A stretch of DNA of 11,866 nt from Chthoniobacteraceae bacterium (lineage in GTDB: Bacteria > Verrucomicrobiota > Verrucomicrobiia > Chthoniobacterales > Chthoniobacteraceae), in assembly GCA_031409335.1 (NCBI GenBank), contig JANNWY010000234.1:1-11866 (forward strand). Reading direction: 5' to 3'. The notes under the pieces are model-generated. The model had not been told where the DNA came from, ran no database searches, and was given only the letters and a program-made list of their open reading frames with translations. The translations under genes and the position numbers were made by a program. Positions 9,029-11,866 of the stretch are shown piece by piece. Positions within the stretch are counted from its first letter, which is position 1. Each line of letters begins with the position of its first letter.

Positions 9029-9192
9029 TCCGGGTAGCACGCTCGTCCCGAGCGTTGGTTTCGGCGTCCCGCCGAAATGAACTTTCAAAGACACGCGAAT
9101 TACCGGGCGCGTAGAATGTGATGAGGAAGCGCAAGGAAGTTCATCGAGGCGGGACGCCTCGACCAACGCTCGGGACGAGCGTGCTACCCGGA
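9029..9192. repeat. GTAG-type REP doublet (REPIN/MITE-like inverted repeat)
   Basis: Arms 9029-9084 and 9137-9192 are inverted copies, 50/56 identical, with a 52-nt spacer. Each arm carries GTAG followed by hairpin ACGCTCG-TCC-CGAGCGT and a second hairpin with a TCC loop. GAAATC occurs at 9025-9030 and 9191-9196. Confidence 0.85.
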
Positions 9193-9216
9193 AATCCCCG
9201 CGCATCGATTTACGTT

Positions 9217-9792
9217 TCATTTCCCCATCTCCTTCGCGCGCCGCTCCATCATCTTGCGCAGGATTTCGCTTTTTGCATCGCCGCCAGCGGGCGGCGCGGG
9301 CGGCGCGGCCCCATCAGTCGCAGTCGTCGCAGTCGGCGTGGCCGCAGCTTCCTCCGCCGGCTCCGCCTCCAACGGATCGCCCGGCTTGCCCTCGATCCGA
9401 AACGGGGTCCCGATCACCAGCGTCAGCTTTTTCCCCTCGTGCTCCAGCTCCACCTGCGACGGCTCGATGCCGGTGACTTTGTAGTTCGCCACCGAATCCC
9501 CGACGCCGATCACCTTGCTAAACTCCGAGCGCGACCCGCTGAAAAACGCCAGCGAACGCCCTTCGCGCACCATCGTCCCCGTCAGCGTGAACGTGCTCGA
9601 GCGCGGCCGCGACGGCGCACTCGGACGCGGCGCCTCGACCCGCACAGCCTTCCGGTTTGGATCGAAAATGTTCCGCGTGCGCACGGCTTTGAAAGCATCG
9701 TAGCCTTTGGCGTCGGCCGCATTCGCCGACGGGTCACATGCGATCCATGCGACCCATGCGACCCATTTGAGGCTACTGGTAAATGTCTTCAT
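9217..9792 (-). CDS. GspC/PilP-like periplasmic protein (HR-domain-like)
   Basis: N-terminal export signal, 'RNIFDP' motif, Pro-rich linker and HR/PilP-like beta domain 'FTLTGTMVREGRSLAFF...KVIGVGDSVANYKVTGIEPSQVELEHEGKKLTL'. Located between the PilO-like and secretin genes, with an ATGA overlap (9789-9792) with the upstream gene. Confidence 0.65.
   Translation of the reverse strand: MKTFTSSLKWVAWVAWIACDPSANAADAKGYDAFKAVRTRNIFDPNRKAVRVEAPRPSAPSRPRSSTFTLTGTMVREGRSLAFFSGSRSEFSKVIGVGDSVANYKVTGIEPSQVELEHEGKKLTLVIGTPFRIEGKPGDPLEAEPAEEAAATPTATTATDGAAPPAPPAGGDAKSEILRKMMERRAKEMGK
9737..9766. repeat. 9-bp tandem repeat (CATGCGA[T/C]C x3.3) encoding WVA-WVA-WIA in the N-terminus of the GspC/PilP-like gene
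   Basis: catgcgatc catgcgacc catgcgacc cat read directly from 9737-9766. Confidence 0.8.
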
Positions 9793-10328
9793 CGCCTTTT
9801 CCCTCCCTCGACGAGCCGCACAAAACTAAATCGCATCGTCATCGTGAGCTGCGTCCCTTTCGCATCGCGCGCCGAGATTTCGCACTCCTCGACATGCGCG
9901 GGCAGCGGGTCGGTTTCGATCTCGTAAAGCAACTTTCCCAGCGTTGCCTGATCGCCCGTCGCCGACGCGCGGCACTCGAAAGTCTCGCACCTTTCCTCAC
10001 CCGCGCGCCACTGCGGCACGAGGCTGGTGAAATTCACCCGGCTGTCCAAAGTCCAGCGACCGATCGCCTGGAAGACTTCATTCTCCGCGAGCGAAATATC
10101 CTCGGGCATATCCGTGCGCTGCATTTCCTCCCAGCGCGTCCGCAGCGATTTCTCGCGCGCCACCAGTTGCCGCCCGCGCTGCACCTGCTCGCGCAATTCC
10201 GTGAGCCGCTCGCCCTGCGCCTTCCAGCTTGCGAAGGCCGGCGTGATGATCACGCGATCCAACAGGAACAGCCCGACGACCGCGCCGACGCCGATTTTCA
10301 AAAGTGTTTCGCGTCGATTATTTCGCAT
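9789..10328 (-). CDS. GspM/PilO-like inner-membrane platform protein
   Basis: 'NRRETLL' followed by a single TM (IGVGAVVGLFLL), a coiled coil (ERLTELREQVQRGRQLVARE) and a ferredoxin-like periplasmic pattern 'ECRASATGDQATLGKLLYEIE...AHVEECEI...LTMTMRFS'. Overlaps the upstream GspL-like gene by 11 nt. Confidence 0.72.
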   Translation of the reverse strand: MRNNRRETLLKIGVGAVVGLFLLDRVIITPAFASWKAQGERLTELREQVQRGRQLVAREKSLRTRWEEMQRTDMPEDISLAENEVFQAIGRWTLDSRVNFTSLVPQWRAGEERCETFECRASATGDQATLGKLLYEIETDPLPAHVEECEISARDAKGTQLTMTMRFSFVRLVEGGKRR

Positions 10329-11733
10329 CTCGTGGGACCCATTTGTAGGTAAAGGAAAACTGCACCGGCTTCTCGCCGCGCACCGACTGCACTTGCACCG
10401 CCGTCACATCCGGCCGCGCGCGCAGCCGCCCGAGCATCGCCAGCAGCGCCGGATTACTTTGCGCAGAGCCGCTGCACGTCACTTTGAAATCCTCGCCGAT
10501 CTGCACGCTCTTCGCCCACACTTCGCCCTGTTCGGGAAACGCCTCGGTGATGCTTTCGAGCACCTGCAAATTCAGCGGCGCGGATTCGAACCAAGGTCGA
10601 AACCGCCGGATGTTTTGCTGGAGCGATTCGAGATCCGCGACGTTGCGTTTCATCCCGTCCCACTCGGATTGCAGGCTGCTTTCGATTCGCGAGCGGTTGA
10701 AAAACATCAGCACTGGCAGCACGATCGCGGCGACTGCGGCACCGATCATCCAGCGCCGTCCGCGACTGTCGAAACGCGTCGCCATTTCCTGCCAGCGATT
10801 GACCTGCGGCGGCAAAAACTCGAAGGCCACGGGAGCCTGCTTGAGATGAAGCTGCGCCGCCGCCAGACCCGCCGCCGGATGATCCTCGCCCGCTTTGTAG
10901 GCCGGTCGCTCCAGCCGGCTGGCGATCCCCATCCGGTGCAAATGCTGCCGGATTTCGATGCACAGATTTTCCGCAGAATCCGGCGCACCGCCAAACAGCG
11001 CCTCCGTCACCTGCCCGCGAATCATCTCCGGGAGCCGACCGAGCGTGATGCGGACTTCGCGCGAAAATCCGAGCGCGTCGAAGCCCGCCGCATTTTCCCC
11101 CGCCGCACCCGGCAGCGAGCGCAGCGCCGCGATGCCGCCGCCCGCCGCGATCACGACATCGACGTGATTCCCATTCGCGAGGAAATGCAGCGCGGCGGGC
11201 GACTCCGGCGCGGGCATACATTCGTCGAGTCCCAGCGAAAGCGAGACCGCGCGGCATCCCGCCACCGCCAGCATTCGCTCGATGGCCTCGGCGCGTTTGG
11301 AAGGGATCGCCGCGAGCGTCGCGCGCGGCTTTCCATCCGGCAGCAGGTAGCTGCAATGCGCGATGCGGAGGTCGGAAACCGGGATCGGGAATTCGCGTTC
11401 GGCGCGCAATTCGAGATAGCCGCGCAAGTCCGCGGCATCGACGCCCGGCACATCTGTTGAAGTCGTGAGTGCCCAACCTGCTGGTACGCACACCACGCAG
11501 CGCCGCTCGCGAATCCCCGCCGCCGCGAGCCCCTCCGCGAGAAGCTGCCCCGCTTTTTCCGCATCCGCGATCACCGCCTCCGCGCCGATGGGCAAACTGA
11601 ACGAGCGCGCGACACTGCTTCCACCTTCATCGCGGCGCACCAGATCGACCGCGATGCGCCCCGACTCCAGCGACACGGCGAGCACCGCGCGCGCTTGGAA
11701 ACGTTTCTTCAAAGTGGCGAGGTCCAGTTTCAT
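10318..11733 (-). CDS. GspL-like protein (actin-like PilM-type cytoplasmic domain + TM + PilN-type periplasmic domain)
   Basis: N-terminal 'LAVSLESGRIAV...CVVCVPAGWALTT...ELRAEREFPIP' resembles PilM/GspL. TM 'RRWMIGAAVAAIVLPVLMFF', a coiled coil, and a PilN-like C-terminus 'LESITEAFPEQGEVWAKSVQI...VTCSGSAQS...LLAMLGRLRARPDVTAV'. Synteny with the M-C-D-like genes supports the call. Confidence 0.75.
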   Translation of the reverse strand: MKLDLATLKKRFQARAVLAVSLESGRIAVDLVRRDEGGSSVARSFSLPIGAEAVIADAEKAGQLLAEGLAAAGIRERRCVVCVPAGWALTTSTDVPGVDAADLRGYLELRAEREFPIPVSDLRIAHCSYLLPDGKPRATLAAIPSKRAEAIERMLAVAGCRAVSLSLGLDECMPAPESPAALHFLANGNHVDVVIAAGGGIAALRSLPGAAGENAAGFDALGFSREVRITLGRLPEMIRGQVTEALFGGAPDSAENLCIEIRQHLHRMGIASRLERPAYKAGEDHPAAGLAAAQLHLKQAPVAFEFLPPQVNRWQEMATRFDSRGRRWMIGAAVAAIVLPVLMFFNRSRIESSLQSEWDGMKRNVADLESLQQNIRRFRPWFESAPLNLQVLESITEAFPEQGEVWAKSVQIGEDFKVTCSGSAQSNPALLAMLGRLRARPDVTAVQVQSVRGEKPVQFSFTYKWVPRDAK

Positions 11734-11754
11734 GAAATGGTGGAGCGACGGAAA

Positions 11755-11777
11755 GTAGCGCAGGCGCCCCGCCTGTG
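11755..11777 (+). repeat. Second GTAG-type REP hairpin
   Basis: GTAG-C-GCAGGCG-CCC-CGCCTGT-G has the same geometry (GTAG, C, 7-bp stem, 3-nt loop) as the REP at 9034-9055, with a different stem sequence. Confidence 0.6.
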
Positions 11778-11866
11778 AGTGGCCCGTGGGGGGGCCCCCC
11801 CCCCCAGCAGAAGGGGGGCGGCCGCCTGGAGGGGCGGGGGCCCCCCCGGCGGGGAGCCGGGGGGGG

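Noticed and set aside
9029..9192. CRISPR array, tRNA or rho-independent terminator
   Set aside because: Only two inverted copies, no direct repeat-spacer periodicity, no cloverleaf and no U-tract; the GTAG-hairpin layout fits a REP doublet.
11781..11866. G-quadruplex or other functional G/C-rich element
   Set aside because: Homopolymer-rich sequence at the very end of the window, unlike the rest; most likely low-quality contig-end sequence.

Overview
This is a GC-rich bacterial window. The lineage is probably Verrucomicrobiota/PVC-like, inferred only from SD-less pyrimidine-rich starts and the style of the secretion cluster. Two operons converge. On the + strand are glutamate synthase gltB (5'-truncated, open from base 1) and gltD, interrupted by a lower-GC, reverse-order hicB-hicA toxin-antitoxin pair. 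On the - strand is the 3' end of a type II secretion / type IV pilus-like cluster: a GspL-like (PilM+PilN-like) gene, a GspM/PilO-like gene, a GspC/PilP-like gene, then a secretin (GspD) encoded as two separate genes. Each secretin half has its own Sec signal peptide, and the break falls inside the flexible loop of the last N-domain. One protein ends with the first half of that domain and the other begins with the second half, suggesting a naturally split, trans-complementing secretin. The spacer before the secretin genes holds a GTAG-type REP doublet (REPIN/MITE-like) with compensatory base changes and a flanking direct repeat, and it is bridged exactly by a 75-codon ORF with ATGA overlaps at both ends. 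A second GTAG-REP sits at the right edge, followed by G/C homopolymer sequence that is probably artefactual.
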